Of a DNA stretch of 64,000 nucleotides, positions 1 through 12,875 are shown one piece after another. Origin of the DNA: Basidiobolus meristosporus CBS 931.73. Lineage: Eukaryota; Fungi; Basidiobolomycota. The notes beneath the pieces are model-generated. The model made no database searches. It was given only the letters and a program-made list of their open reading frames with translations, and was not told the origin of the DNA. The first letter of the stretch is position 1, and every line of letters starts with the position of its first letter. A program made the position numbers and the translations under genes. The stretch lies in the NCBI GenBank assembly GCA_002104905.1, contig MCFE01000171.1, positions 62,001 to 126,000 on the forward strand. Reading direction: 5' to 3'.

Positions 1-233
1 ATTTGACCATTTTGGATCAAAAAAATAAAACGAATGTTTACTAAAATACGATTGCCATTCAGTGGAGAAAACAAATAGTAAGTATCAATCAATCGATCAA
101 CAACGTTGAACTTACTATATTGTGAGCTAGACCACTGCCTGTAACCGCTATTTCGAACACTCCTGACACACTTTGAAATAAAAGTTTGTCTCTTGGCCGC
201 CTTTGTATTTACTTATTTCGTACAAAAACATCA

Positions 234-2171
234 ATGGGGTATTGTGCCAGTTGTGGAGAGCTTCAGTTTACTAACAGATGTAATAAATGCGGCGGTAGAG
301 TTGCTGGTATCTTGATTTTTCCTATTCTTCCTCTTCAGATTACGTTTACTGAGCACTTCCTCTTCCCTTTCCTTTCTCGATGATGTAGTTTCTTCGGCTT
401 TCGGGAGAAATGAAGATTCGCACGATCGTTGGTCCGAAAAGTACTGGAGCAAGAGATATTTCCCATTCCTAACCATTTCCACTCATGCATTGCTGTTTTA
501 TCTAGATACCTAAATAGAGGCTTAGAGCGTTCTGGCTCTAAACGAATCTTCAACAACAGTCAAAGAATAAGAACCGGCTCTCCTAGTGTTGATAGGCAGG
601 GCGCGCTCTCACCTACTCTTGAGACTGCTCCCAAGCCCCTACCTCCTAGACCTGGATCAGCTGGAGCCGGTTCTAGAAACACTACTCCCTCCCCAAATCC
701 GGACAGTTCGCTTGAGACCACCAGTACCGAACCAGATGCCACTGAAACTAGCGCCCAAGATAAACGTCGATCCTTCAACACTACCTTCTTGTCTAGACAC
801 ACCCCTTCTCCTACACCGGGTAGTCGCCCACCTAGTGTAATTTTCAACTTCTCCAAAAAGGCCCCTAGCGATTTGTCCAGAAGCAAAACCTTAATGTCGG
901 CAACCTACAAAGATGGGGCCAATATAAGACGAAGCCAGACATCGGCCGCCTCCACAGAGCCTAATATCGAAAAACTTAGAAGCGATAAAAGGAGCAGCTA
1001 TAATCCCCCTTCTTCTCCCGGTCTAAATAGAAATGCCACTATTGCCAGTAGACCCGCTTCTGCTATATATGGGTCATCCTCGAAAGGATCCTCCTTGAGT
1101 GTGAAACCTCCGTATATTCCCTCCACCCCGAAGGCCTTTTCTCAAACGGCAGAACCCAATAGTGATGTAGCCGATATACCAGTGCCGGCTCCTGTCTCTG
1201 AAATCACAAAGAGTGAACCACCGGCCGAAGAATTGAAGGCGGAGCCAGACGCCGAAGCGGCACCAAGTAAGACGGGCCTGCCTATCGCAGAGGTGCCAGC
1301 TTCAAAGCCGCAGTCCTCAACATCGACTCAACCGCAGGTAGATACACTCAAGAGTGAACTCAAGTACCAAACTGGTGCCAGTGGTGTTCCCGAAAGCAAT
1401 GACGTTGAGCGTCGTAAACCGTTGCCTCAACCTCCTGCCAAAGGACCTGGCAAGGGAAGAATCTGCTTCAAGTGCAACAATCTCCTGGGGACTTCATGGT
1501 ATACACTTCCTGATGGTAGAAGCATACACCCCGACTGTTGCGTTTGTGAAGGATGCTCTAAACCATTCGAGGACGGCATTTACATCAGCGTAAATGGGAA
1601 ATTGTACCACGAGGCTTGCATACCAAGGAAAGCCTCCACCAAATCGACCAGTGAATACAGTTGCAAGAGGTGCGAACAAGATATTCATGGCTCTTGGATC
1701 ACCCTATCTGACGGCTCGAAGTATCATCCACACTGTTTCCGTTGCGAAGGCTGCGATCTAGTCATTGATGACGGAGTTTTCATCAGCAGAAATGGCAAGC
1801 CTTACCATGAGCAGGTAGGGATGTGGTGTGATCTACAGAAAGGGTACAACTTCTAACGGTATTATGAATCTAGTGTGTTCAACGACCCAAGTGTGTTTCA
1901 TGCGGGCTAGACATCCGAGGTGGCTATATCACTTATCGTGAGCAGAGGTATCATACACAGGTAAGTGCCAAGAACAAATGGCCGGATCCACGATGGTTGC
2001 ACTAACATACGTAAATCACAGTGTTTCAAGTGTACAGGCTGTCAGAAGGTGATTGGAGAGACTCCATTTGGTCAAATCAAATCGGAGCCTTATTGCGAAC
2101 CGTGCCTGACAGACTTCATGTCACGACGTACGAAGGAGCTGAACCTGCGAACACAGAATTTGAACTTGTAA
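234..2171 (+). CDS. LIM-domain protein (four C-terminal LIM domains, Pro/Ser-rich linker, N-terminal CxxC..CxxC motif); 5 exons
   Basis: ATG 234 (MGYCASCGELQFTNRCNKCGG). Inferred GT-AG introns 307-388, 441-505, 1815-1873, 1961-2021. LIM patterns CFKC..HPDCCVCEGC, CKRC..HPHCFRCEGC, CVSC..HTQCFKCTGC..YCEPC; stop at 2171. Confidence 0.85.
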
Positions 2172-2656
2172 CGAACCTGCACCGCGCTAACCACTCCCCA
2201 TCGCATCACTTCTACCCCCTCCACCCGCCATTCTCAGACCTACAGCATTGGAATGTTAGATTTGACTCGGACGCAAGCGACCCAACCCACCCTCTCCTTA
2301 TAAATAACCCTTCAGCCTTCACTTGGGTTATATGTATACCCGCTACTTCGAAGCAATAAATCATTGAAATAAGTAACCCTAAGCCTAATCAGGGAGCAGT
2401 AGAAATCCCCACGCGTGCAGAGTCTATCCCTAAATATGGGAATATGGCTGACGCTATACCGTGATACAAGAAGATGCTTGTTTTCTTTTAGCTTTTCTTA
2501 GAAATCTTTTAATATCCCCGCATAGCATAGAATAAGCACAGTTAACCTGATTCTGCTTCCGGAATTTCCATGTCTGACTGACACGGGATGTGCAGGCCTA
2601 TATAACGCGAGGACGGATTCGCCTCAGCCAAGAGCTCACTCCTCTTTTTACACCTA

Positions 2657-3460
2657 ATGGGTCAAAAATCCAGCAAGCTAAGCGCCTCACAACTGGCGGG
2701 TCTAGCCAGCACCACCTACTGTAAGTATTTGTTGGCTCCCTCGCATCGATTGTCACTCACCCCACCTTACATCCAGTCAACAAACGGGAACTGCAGCGCT
2801 GGTAAGAACGGCATCCATCATTTTTCTCCCACTTGGCTAATCTTGGTTCCTCCACCCTCAAGGCACAAAGATTTCCTCAAGAGCTATCCATCCGGGGGCT
2901 TGGACGAGGATTCCTTCAAGCAGATATACAAGCAATACTTCCCCTTCGGGGACCCGACCCTCTTTGCGGAGTACATCTTCAAGGTATACGACACAAACCG
3001 GAATGGGATCATTGATTTCGAGGAATATATCTACGCACTATCCATCACCTCCCGCGGAAAAACGGATGAGCGGCTAGATTGTAAGTTGCACATGATCAGC
3101 CCATTCTCACCGATTGTTCCTAATGTGCCGACGTAGGGGCATTCCAGCTCTACGACATTAACAAGGACGGAGTGGTCACCTACGAAGAGATGCTGGGCAT
3201 CGTCCACGCCATCTACAAGATGGTGGGTAAGTTGGTCAGGCTCCCCGACGATGTCAACACCCCGGAGAAACGGGTGGATAAGATCTTCGCGACGATGGAT
3301 CTGGTTTGTGGTTGACCTGTATTCGTTCCCCACGCATGCACCTAACCAATTCCCACCTCAGGATCACGACGGCGTGTTGACCATGGAGGAGTTCAAGAAT
3401 GGCTCCAAAATGGATCCTTCCATCATGCACGCCTTATCCTTGTACGAAGGAGTGGTGTAA
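2657..3460 (+). CDS. NCS1: Neuronal calcium sensor 1 / frequenin (EF-hand, N-myristoylated)
   Basis: MGQKSSKL myristoylation motif. The spliced product gives [24 protein letters not shown]-hands [24 protein letters not shown] and [12 protein letters not shown], and ends ALSLYEGVV. Includes a 25-nt exon at 2777-2801. Confidence 0.93.
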
Positions 3461-3722
3461 TCGACCCATCGACCTTAATCTAATAAACTGGTGGCATCAT
3501 GTCATTTATTTAAGGATATCTGGGTGGAATATTAATACAGGGAGCTCGCGGGGTGTGGTTGCGATCTGATGAGCGTCTGTTTCTTCTTATTTATTGAAAG
3601 AGCAAATGAGAGGAGAAAGTATTATATAAAGAGAAGATGGGAAAATGTCAGAGATACAAGTATCGAAACGCTAGAAATGGACAGAAATATGGAGAAAAGG
3701 AAGTCTAAAAGTAGCGACACTT

Positions 3723-4976
3723 TTACATGGCAGGTGCCTCCTCACCGTTGGGGGCCACAGAGTTGATACGCTTTTCCTTTTCAGCTTCTAATTGACTGTA
3801 CAGCAAAAACAAGGCCTTCTCGTTGGATTCTGGCGTGCCGATAATGGTAAACATCCTTTCGCCTGTCTCGTTGTGAGGAACCTTGGCAATGCTAATTCTG
3901 GAGCCAGAGAGACGGCGGATTTCGGAGATCTTCGACCCGCCTTTGCCAATGATGCAGCCAACCATATCACTGGGAATGGAGATTTGTTGGGTGGTCAGGT
4001 TGACATTGTTGGGGAAGGATGGGTGGCTGTTGGGCATGTGGGTATCATTGGTATTACGGCCATCGGCTAAGGGGTGGCTGAAGTCGGTACCATTCCCAGT
4101 TCTAGTATATTCACGTCTAGCGCCATGATCGGGATGGCGGCCGTAGCTGGTGTTTAGTCTAACGGCAGGGTTATATAGCACAGTGCCAACACCGCGCTCC
4201 CAGTCCTCAATCAAGCACTTGCCGATTTCCCAGACGGCAACCTTGATGGCTTCCACGGATCCCTGTACCTCCACAATTCTCTCAGTACTCTGTGGGAGCA
4301 TCTCCTTGGAGGCCACCATGCGAACCCCAGAGATGTCTTGGATTTGCTTGATCTTGATACCTTGGCGGCCGATAATGGTGCCCATCAGGTTGTGAGATAT
4401 CAACAGACGAATGGATGCCGAGCCTGTCGCGGTGGGCTTGACGGGAGACACGGGGGTGGTTGGAGGGCTGGTGGTGATTGGGTTTTCCAACATGGTTTGG
4501 GCGATCATGGAGTATGCTTGAGCAACACCGTCAAGAGAACCAGTGACAGACAAAACTCTGTCGTGAACACCTTGAACAACTTTGGAGACACCGGCCTTGA
4601 CTCCAGTAATCTCTCTCAACTCGGCTACATTCTTACCAGCTTTGCCGATGATAACTCCGGCCTCTTTGGTTGAGACCAAAGCTCTGAGGGTAAGTTGGGA
4701 ATCAACCACCTTGACGCCATTTTCCTCGGTGCCAGGGTTTTCGGAAGAAGTGGCTGAGACTGGTTTTTCAGGAAGGTTGAAAGGGGTATGCTTCTCAAAG
4801 AGAGATTGGGAGGCACCACTGCTGGAGAGTGGGCTGCCTTCAGGTTTGGGTTCCTCGTTCGAAGAATACTGATGACGGTTCAAAGGGTCAATGCTGAGTC
4901 TGGCAAAGCGAGCGACTGCTTCATTAGGGTTGAAGTTTTCGTGATAAGACATTACGTTGGTAGGATTGGACATCAA
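3723..4976 (-). CDS. Triple KH-domain RNA-binding protein (hnRNP K / Hek2 / Rnc1-like)
   Basis: 417-aa ORF with three KH GxxG loops: IIGKAG, IIGRQG, IIGKGG. Confidence 0.9.
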   Translation of the reverse strand: MMSNPTNVMSYHENFNPNEAVARFARLSIDPLNRHQYSSNEEPKPEGSPLSSSGASQSLFEKHTPFNLPEKPVSATSSENPGTEENGVKVVDSQLTLRALVSTKEAGVIIGKAGKNVAELREITGVKAGVSKVVQGVHDRVLSVTGSLDGVAQAYSMIAQTMLENPITTSPPTTPVSPVKPTATGSASIRLLISHNLMGTIIGRQGIKIKQIQDISGVRMVASKEMLPQSTERIVEVQGSVEAIKVAVWEIGKCLIEDWERGVGTVLYNPAVRLNTSYGRHPDHGARREYTRTGNGTDFSHPLADGRNTNDTHMPNSHPSFPNNVNLTTQQISIPSDMVGCIIGKGGSKISEIRRLSGSRISIAKVPHNETGERMFTIIGTPESNEKALFLLYSQLEAEKEKRINSVAPNGEEAPAM

Positions 4977-5474
4977 GAAACAATGGAAAGGTTAAATAAG
5001 ACAGCTGAATTAGGGGAGTTGTCGTTAAATTTGAGAGGGCAGCGTGTCTAATTTCGGGAAGAGGGGAGGAGATGAGAAACGAAGACTCGAATGCAAATAG
5101 TAGACTATTCGTCGAGGAGGTGTTCTGTAACGAGGAATAGAAGAGTGGAACTCAACCAGGTTCGAAAAAAAGGGGAAGAGAGACTAAATTAAACGACTTC
5201 CATAGAAAAGAAAATGATTCTCCATCATTTTCACTTTTTTTTCTTTTTTTTTTCCTGATTTTACGTTTTCCTAGCAGCGGGCAATCTGCTCTATTCCATC
5301 ACTATAATGACTCATAGTCATTGGTCTGAATGCGGGTCATACTTGAGCTATTGGATGAATATCATCGCATTATTGCGGCTTGCTTGCATGTAGTCAATGG
5401 AATTTACTTGATGATTCAGATGACAAATCTGGTGGCGACAATACGAAGCAGGCTCTTATACTTAAGTGAACATC

Positions 5475-6773
5475 ATGAATAAATTCAAGGCCGTAGAAAA
5501 GAAGCCGTTACAGTACGGTCTAAATATCCAGTCCAAGAAGCCGAAAAACCCCATCAAAACTTCCATATTCAACAACGACGAGGATGACGAGGAGGTCCCC
5601 GCCTCGAGCGTATCGGTCACAAACAAAGAATTGGCTAGAAATTTTTCCTTCGAAAGTAAGAAGACGAAGAAGCAACAAGAGGAGGCATTAGAGATAGACT
5701 CGTCTGTATTCGACTATGACGGTGTATATGACGAGATGAAGGGTGTAGAGCGCAGACGACAGGAGCAAATTCGGGGGAAACAAGGAAATGATGCTAAGAA
5801 GGTACATCTTTACATGCAGAGTTCTAGACTCCTGAATTTAAGCTGACGTGTTGTCCTCAAGCCAAGGTACATCGAGGGTCTTTTACGTAGTGCGGAGATC
5901 CGGAAGAAAGATCTCCTTCGTGCAGAGGAACGTATGATTCAGCACGAGCGTGAAACCGAGGGTGATGAATTTGCAGACAAGGAAAAATTCGTGACAAGCG
6001 CGTACGTGCTCGATTCTTCGTGACGTGTTGTATTTCAGGTGACTGACCCCAGGTTTTGATTTTATAGTTACAAGCAGCAGCAAGAAGAGATGAGGAAATG
6101 GGAGGAAGAGGAGCGGAGGCGTGCCGGTAAGTGAAAACCAGTGGAACATCTATTTCGGCAAACATCACTCATTTATATATCGATAGCTGAAGAAGACATC
6201 ACAGCGAAGAAAGACCTCACTGGATTCTATCGGAATCTATTAAACAAGACCACGGCTAGTCGCGAAGAGGCCATTAAGGCGAGTTTGGACCATAATGAAA
6301 AGCCCAAATCGTCAAGCAAAGAAAATGTCGAGGAGGAAGGCGCCGATGAAGCCTCGAAGGAGATAGCCGAGGCAATTGCTAGCGGAAAAAACATCACACT
6401 CAACGATGACAATCAAATCGTCGATAAACGTCAACTTCTATCCGCTGGCTTAAATGTAAATCCCAAAGTCAAGAAGGCATCGAGAGAGGAGCATGCTCGC
6501 GACCGGAGATACAGTGATAGACGTGGGGATGAGCGCCATCGTAACTCGAAGGGCCATCGTAGTGGACGTCACGAGGATGAGAGATCGCGTCTTTCTAGAG
6601 AAATCGAGGAACAAATTCGACAATCGGAGCTTAGAAAGAAGGAGCAAGAGCAGGCTAAGGTGGAGGCAATCACCGCTAAAATGGCGCGATCCTCATCGGA
6701 ACAGACCATCTCTGATGCCAAAGCCAGATACCTGGCTCGTAAGGCGGCAGCAAAGAACAAGCGTGAGGACTAG
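5475..6773 (+). CDS. NSRP1: Nuclear speckle splicing regulatory protein 1-like (DUF2040 / CCDC55)
   Basis: Spliced motifs LQYGLN, FDYDGVYDEMK, KPRYIEGLL, EFADKEKFVTSAYK, DLTGFYRNLL and C-terminal DAKARYLARK. Introns near 5802-5860, 6003-6067 and 6128-6187. Confidence 0.85.
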
Positions 6774-7012
6774 TATCTTGGTGTAGAGCTACTATAATAA
6801 ATAATAGAATTCTGGTTACCACGTGTGGCATTCCTTTGTTTCGCAACATCAATCCGCAACATCGTACCTACCATCAAGTGGCTCGTCATTTGTACGCCGT
6901 TTCACAGAATTTTTTGTTGTCTTAGACCCTATCCTGAAATAGCTACTATTTCCCACTCAAATTTTGTTGAAGAGGCCAATCTCCTGTTGTGACCAAGTTG
7001 ACAAGCTACAAC

Positions 7013-7732
7013 ATGACCGACAACAGCGCCAAGATACCTGCTGATTTAACTTTAACTTCTCCACGCCTTATACTCCGTATGCCTCTGGAGAAGGATGAAG
7101 AGGCGATTCGCGAGATAATATCCCATCCCCGTACCATGAAATACCTCCGTTTTATGTCTCATGAGCCTGATGGTTGGACCATCCCCGAGGTACGTGAACG
7201 CCTTAGAAACCAGATAGAAGAGCAATCCCGTTCCGTGCGAGCTACTTTTCACCTCCTTGAGCGCAGCCAGCCCATCGAGCCCGAGACCGACCCCGCTGAC
7301 ACGGATGGGCTTAAAGTACTGAAGGTGTTCGAAAATCTGGAAGATACTCGAGACAACCAGAACCTCATTGGATTCGGTGGCTTGAACTTTGTGAATTACA
7401 AGGACATGGAGACATGTATGGGCATTATCCTTCACTACCCTTTTCAGGGTAAAGGATACGCGACCGAAGTGCTCTACTTGACGTTGTGGTATGCCTTCGA
7501 GGTGCTGCACATGCACCGAATGCTCGTTCAAACCACTGAGCCGAACGAAGGTATGCGGGGCTGGATGGAGAAGCTCTGTGGGGTGTCGGTGGAAAGTGTA
7601 CGCCGAGAATGCATCCGGTTGAACGAAAGCACCTGGGTGAACTCTTGGGACTACTCGATACTGGAAAACGAATGGAGGGATTTGGTGAAGCCTCGCATTG
7701 AGAAGAAACTGGGTTGGAAAGCATCAGCATGA
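7013..7732 (+). CDS. GNAT acetyltransferase, RimJ/RimL-like family
   Basis: Intronless ORF with LTSPRLILR at the N-terminus, the acetyl-CoA loop YPFQGKGYATE and the FEVLHMHRM motif. Confidence 0.8.
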   Translation: MTDNSAKIPADLTLTSPRLILRMPLEKDEEAIREIISHPRTMKYLRFMSHEPDGWTIPEVRERLRNQIEEQSRSVRATFHLLERSQPIEPETDPADTDGLKVLKVFENLEDTRDNQNLIGFGGLNFVNYKDMETCMGIILHYPFQGKGYATEVLYLTLWYAFEVLHMHRMLVQTTEPNEGMRGWMEKLCGVSVESVRRECIRLNESTWVNSWDYSILENEWRDLVKPRIEKKLGWKASA

Positions 7733-7974
7733 AACCATTTTAATGTTAATTCAAAAGAATAAAAGAATACATGTAGGTAATTAATTACAATGTGGGGCAT
7801 TTCGGGAGAGTTTAGGGTCGTAGCAAATTGATGATGTGCAGCAAGATTCGTACAGTGATGCGTCCAAGTGGTTTAGCAGATACTTGCTGAATTGCAACCA
7901 GAGTGGCAAAAATAATGTAAAATTACAATTCGACGGACGGGGATAGCATTTGGTTGTGTGGGTTCGTCGTTGCA

Positions 7975-10033
7975 TTATGCGGATTTTCCACCGAGACGAA
8001 TGGCTTCCAATCTAGCCTGAAGCTTCTCCATAAGGTCCGAGGAGTCTTCGTCGTCAATGGGTTGCTTGGCACTTGCGGCGCTTTGTACATGTGGTTTGGA
8101 GTTCTCGTTACCAGTAGCTTTGAGCTTTTGAATGATCATATCAACCAACTTGAAGTGGCTGGCCTTCTTTTGATCAGCTGCCGACAGCTTCTGGTTGCGA
8201 GGAATCGACTCTGCTCTATCTTTGTTGGCCACGCTTTGCGAACGGCTTTCGTGGATAGTGGCGCTGCGTTGATCGCTGCCGGAATTGACTGGTGGTACGC
8301 GAGTGGTTTGCTCTTCCTCAGGTGTCTTCGATGGCGCTTTGCTGGCTTTGGAGTCCGATGGTCGGCGTTTTTCTCCAGGTGCACTCATTTGCGAAAGCAT
8401 TGAGATCGCGGTGTAGTTAGGCAAGTTGGAATCAAGTCTAGGCACACTTGCTTCAAACTGGCGATTAACACTACTCTTCCGGGCGTGCGACATTGCTGGA
8501 TGGACATATGGTTGCTCCAGCGATGACACCTGCTCTAGTGTTGAGCTATAGAGTGGCTGAGAGCTTGGATCAAGATAAGGATAAAGCATATTGGAGGCGT
8601 TGTCCACGGAAACGGCGTTGATGTTGTTGCAAGCCTGCATGTTGAAAATAAGCTCGCTCTGTTGGGAGACTTGCATGTCAGTAAAGTAGGCGTTGGATGG
8701 ACCAAGCTCCTCAGGTAGCTGCATGATATTGAAATCAGCACATGCGCCCATATTTTGGCCAAAGGCATCGGTGGATGGATAGAGAGGGGCTGGGTAGAGA
8801 TTGTCTACATATGGAACAGAGAATTGTCCGTCGAGAGGCGATTGATCAAAGGTGAAATCAACGGGTGCTTGTTGCGCGGGAGAAACATCAGGGAGATTGA
8901 TGTTCGTCACACTATTCATGGGCTCTGGGTTCAGGAAATCCAACGAAAAGTCATTGGCCTGGAATTCTGGGTTAAGCGGGGGATTGGCGCCAAGATCAAT
9001 TTGGCCCTTAAGTGCCTCGAAGAAGTCCAGCAGCTGCTCTTTGTCTTGGTCGTTCTGGTGGTTCAGTAGCTCTGTGTTATCATCAAATATAAACCTCCCA
9101 ATGTTGTCCAACATATTTGCCATCCCTAGATAAGAAGGATGAGTTCGAGCTCACAGTCGACACCACCGGACGCCCAACTTACCAGTGTTATATTCAACAG
9201 GAAGCTTTTGCTTTTTCACGTCGTTGAAAAAGTTGTGTACGGCGTGCTCCTCGTGACTTCTCTTCTTGCCAGAGACGGAGATATCTTCGGTGAGCTTGGA
9301 TGGATCCACATAGCCGCTATCTTCAAAGTTAAAGTCATTCCCGGTATTGCTGCTGACGTTTACAAAATCATCCGAAGCTAGCTTCATGATAGGGGTGGTG
9401 AGGTCGAAATTATCGGAGAGTTCCGAATTGGGTGAGAATGCTGTATAAAATAGGCTGGTTAGTGGACAGCAGACAAGCTTAACAGAAAAGTTCAAAGCAT
9501 ACCTGGGACAAGTCCATCACTAGACTCGGGGCCGGTGCTACCTGGCGAGACAGGGACATATCCTGGAGAAGAGCCCATGGAGGAGGCAGAGCTAGTTCTG
9601 CGATGACGAGTGGGCGTTGACTCGGGAAGTTGAAGAGACTGCTTTCGTTCCTCGGGAGACTCGTGGGTTTTCTCGTGCTTTTTCAAGTCCTGGCGGCGCT
9701 TGAAAGCTTTGTCACAGTCCTGGGGAAGTCGAGTTAGCTAAAGATGGACAAAATCACAGGCAGGTGAGAATCTAGGCATACCTTGCAAGGGAAGGGCTTA
9801 AGGGGAACATGAACTCGAATGTGAGAGGTGATGTGATCTCTTTTGACGGTTTTAATGGTGCATTCGCCCCAGTGACACTCTAAACATAGATTGTTTGTGG
9901 ATTTGCGGCCTACGTGCTCCTCGGTTAAATGAGCATATAGGGCTTCTGGATCAGGGTATGTTTTGGAACAATCCTTCCATTTACAGGAAAGGACTTCGGC
10001 GGGTTTTGACTCGGTAGAGTTGGAGTCAGACAT
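7975..10033 (-). CDS. pacC: pH-response zinc-finger transcription factor PacC/Rim101
   Basis: Three fingers [64 protein letters not shown], the PacC signature. A YPxL-type motif (YPYL) lies in the last exon. Four exons inferred. Confidence 0.9.
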
Positions 10034-10193
10034 GGTGTGGGAAAGGACAGACGTATTCAGAAGGAGAGAACAAGCAAGGTCTTTCTGGCTAAGTCAAGAA
10101 GATATCAATCGCGGGTTAAGAACGGAAATAAGGGAACAAAATGTTTTAGGATATTTAAGTTATACTACTTGTACACAATAAAATCGCTTTCAA

Positions 10194-10596
10194 GCCAAGA
10201 CCTCACCAATTCCTTGGAAACTTCTGGGAATTATTACTGGTCTTGGCATACAGCCCTAAGTTCAACACAATCCAGTGAGCCAATGGTGTTCGCTAATTCG
10301 ATATCTATTGGTGGATCCAATTAGAAGTCACTCCGCGGATATTATCACAAAGTCTTGGTATGATTCGCCAGATAACGATGTGTGATGGAGGTTGAATAGG
10401 GCCGACTTCAGTGCACCAGCTTCAATTTATTCACCAATTCGATTAAATATATCTTGCCAAGCACAGCATTGCCGTGGCCTGGGACCAGTAGCAAAATTGG
10501 AAAATGAGAGTTGCGTGCGTGCAGCTCATTTCAATCTAATTATAGTTTTAATGACTCATAGGATTCAACTGATTGTTATGCTTATGGGATGCCAAG
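10194..10596. promoter_or_regulatory. Cluster of four GCCAAG (PacC consensus GCCARG) sites upstream of pacC
   Basis: GCCAAG at 10194-10199, 10456-10461 and 10591-10596 (+); CTTGGC at 10242-10247. Confidence 0.6.
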
Positions 10597-10634
10597 GAAT
10601 ACAGATACACTAATGCATTGTTGCAGGGTGAGGT

Positions 10635-12875
10635 TCATTTGGGTGGCTCACTGGAGTCGATGGAGGACGAGATGTTGGGCATGACGAAATCTTCATACTG
10701 TGTCTTTTCGGTGAATGGTCTCTTGCCCAGTAGTTCCACCATGTCTTCTCGGTTTAATACTTCCTTTTTCAGTAGCAATTGCGCCACCTTCTCAACCGCC
10801 TCTCGCTTCTCGGTAAGAAGGTTGAGTGTTCGGTCGTAAGCGTGGGCAATCATCTTTCGGGCTTCATGATCTATGATGCGTCCAGTCTCTTCCGAGTATG
10901 GCTTTTGGAACTGCTGCTCGTCATTGGGTGAATGGTAGCTGATGTTCCCGACGACATCATTCATACCATAAGTGGTAATCTGCGCATAGGCCATTTTGGT
11001 CACTTTCTGAAGATCGTCCTGGGCACCCGTGGTGATGGTATTGAAGAAGATCTGCTCCGAGACTCGCCCGCCAAGTGTCATGCACATTCGGTCAAGGAGC
11101 TGGTCGACTGAGTACAAGTATTGGTCCTTTGGTAGATACTGAGCATAGCCGAGAGCACCGGCACCACGAGGGATGATGGACACCTTGAGGAGTGGGTCAG
11201 CGTGCTGCAAGAACCAGCCAGCGACAGCATGGCCAGCTTCGTGATAGGCAACTGTCTTCTTCTCCTCAGGGGAGAGGACCCGTGACTTCTTTTCCAATCC
11301 GGCGATAACTCTTTCGGTGGCGGCCTCGAAATCCTCCTCAGTCACCTCGGACTTGAGACGACGTGCTGCGATCAATGCCGCCTCGTTACAGACATTGGAG
11401 ATATCGGCGCCAGAGAATCCTGGAGTAAGGGCGGCCATCTTGTTGGCAAGTTTGTCGATGTCCAACGAGGTTTTGATGGGTCTCAGATGAACCTTGAAGA
11501 TGGCGCTTCGGCCCTGAATATCTGGGTTATCTATGGAGATGTGACGATCAAAACGACCAGGTCTCATCAAAGCAGGATCCAGAATGTCAGGTCTGTTGGT
11601 ACCAGCAAGGACGACGACATGCTCGTGCGAGTTGAATCCGTCCATTTCCACGAGAAGCTGGTTGAGGGTGCTCTCACGCTCATCATTGCCACCAAACTGC
11701 CCGCCTTTACCACGGGCCTTACCGATGGCATCGATTTCGTCCACAAAGATGATGCAGGGTGCGTTCTTCTTGGCGTTGGCAAAGAGATCACGCACACGTG
11801 AGGGGCCAACACCAACGAACATCTCGACGAACTCTGAGCCAGAAACACTCAGGAATGGCACTTCGGCCTCACCTGCGGTGGCCTTTGCAAGAAGGGTTTT
11901 ACCCGTACCAGGTGGTCCACTGAGAATGGCTCCCTTCGGAATTTTGGCGCCCAATCGTTCATAGGCCTTCGGATCCTTGAGGAACTTGACAAACTCCATG
12001 ATCTCCTCCTTGGCTTCGTCCATACCTGCGACATCCTTGAATTTGACCTTGATATCGGTCTCGTGATTGAAAAGCTTGGCCTTGGATTTACCGATCCCGA
12101 AGATTCCTTGAGGGCCACCACCAGCCCCACCAGCACGGCGAGTCATATAGTAGATCATGCCGATCAACAGGAGAGTGGGTGCAAAGTGCAGAACGGTTCC
12201 AAAAACGTTCACCTCGTCATGGTAGGCAACAGGAATTCTCTCGTTAGAGGGGATAGATAGCTCGTTTTGCGCGTCTTCTAATTTCTTTTCAAAAGAATCG
12301 ACCGATCCAATATTAAATATGATTACACTCCCGGGACGAGCGCCCTCGCCACCCATCTGACTATCAGTATGTACAAGTTGGACGCGGACATGGTTCTTGT
12401 TGACTACGGTCAATTTGTCAACCAACCCACGATCCAAGTAGTTGTTTCGGAATTCTTGCCAAGTGATCTCTTTGACGTTGCTCTTTGGTGAAGTGAGCGA
12501 GTAAACCAGATATGCTGAAACAGCAAGTGGAACGATGTTGCTGGCGTTTAAGAAATTTTGTGGGCCTTCCGGGGGCTTGGGGGCGCCTTTAGGGCCGCCG
12601 CTTGGTCCTTCTTTACTATGCTTGGCCTCGGCTATTGGCTTGCCGGATTTTCCAAAGAAGCCTTCGAAGCCTCTGGGTATAAAGCCTGGCTCCTCAGGTT
12701 TGGTTTCCTTTCCGGGTTTATCCGAGTTGAACCGTTTTTGGCGGAGATTAGAAGAGAGGCGCAAGTCGTTGAGCAGGAGTTTCGAATTCACAGGCCCCAA
12801 AGAGTGCTTGCTGAGGGGATGTGTGCGCAAGAAAGAGCGCATGTTGGCCGTGGAGCGATGGAGAAAGGCGCTCAT
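10635..12875 (-). CDS. AFG3: Mitochondrial m-AAA protease subunit AFG3/YTA12 (FtsH family)
   Basis: 746-aa intronless ORF. Mitochondrial presequence, two TM segments, Walker A GPPGTGKT, Walker B IFVDEID, and the HEAGH zinc-metalloprotease motif. Confidence 0.95.
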   Translation of the reverse strand: MSAFLHRSTANMRSFLRTHPLSKHSLGPVNSKLLLNDLRLSSNLRQKRFNSDKPGKETKPEEPGFIPRGFEGFFGKSGKPIAEAKHSKEGPSGGPKGAPKPPEGPQNFLNASNIVPLAVSAYLVYSLTSPKSNVKEITWQEFRNNYLDRGLVDKLTVVNKNHVRVQLVHTDSQMGGEGARPGSVIIFNIGSVDSFEKKLEDAQNELSIPSNERIPVAYHDEVNVFGTVLHFAPTLLLIGMIYYMTRRAGGAGGGPQGIFGIGKSKAKLFNHETDIKVKFKDVAGMDEAKEEIMEFVKFLKDPKAYERLGAKIPKGAILSGPPGTGKTLLAKATAGEAEVPFLSVSGSEFVEMFVGVGPSRVRDLFANAKKNAPCIIFVDEIDAIGKARGKGGQFGGNDERESTLNQLLVEMDGFNSHEHVVVLAGTNRPDILDPALMRPGRFDRHISIDNPDIQGRSAIFKVHLRPIKTSLDIDKLANKMAALTPGFSGADISNVCNEAALIAARRLKSEVTEEDFEAATERVIAGLEKKSRVLSPEEKKTVAYHEAGHAVAGWFLQHADPLLKVSIIPRGAGALGYAQYLPKDQYLYSVDQLLDRMCMTLGGRVSEQIFFNTITTGAQDDLQKVTKMAYAQITTYGMNDVVGNISYHSPNDEQQFQKPYSEETGRIIDHEARKMIAHAYDRTLNLLTEKREAVEKVAQLLLKKEVLNREDMVELLGKRPFTEKTQYEDFVMPNISSSIDSSEPPK

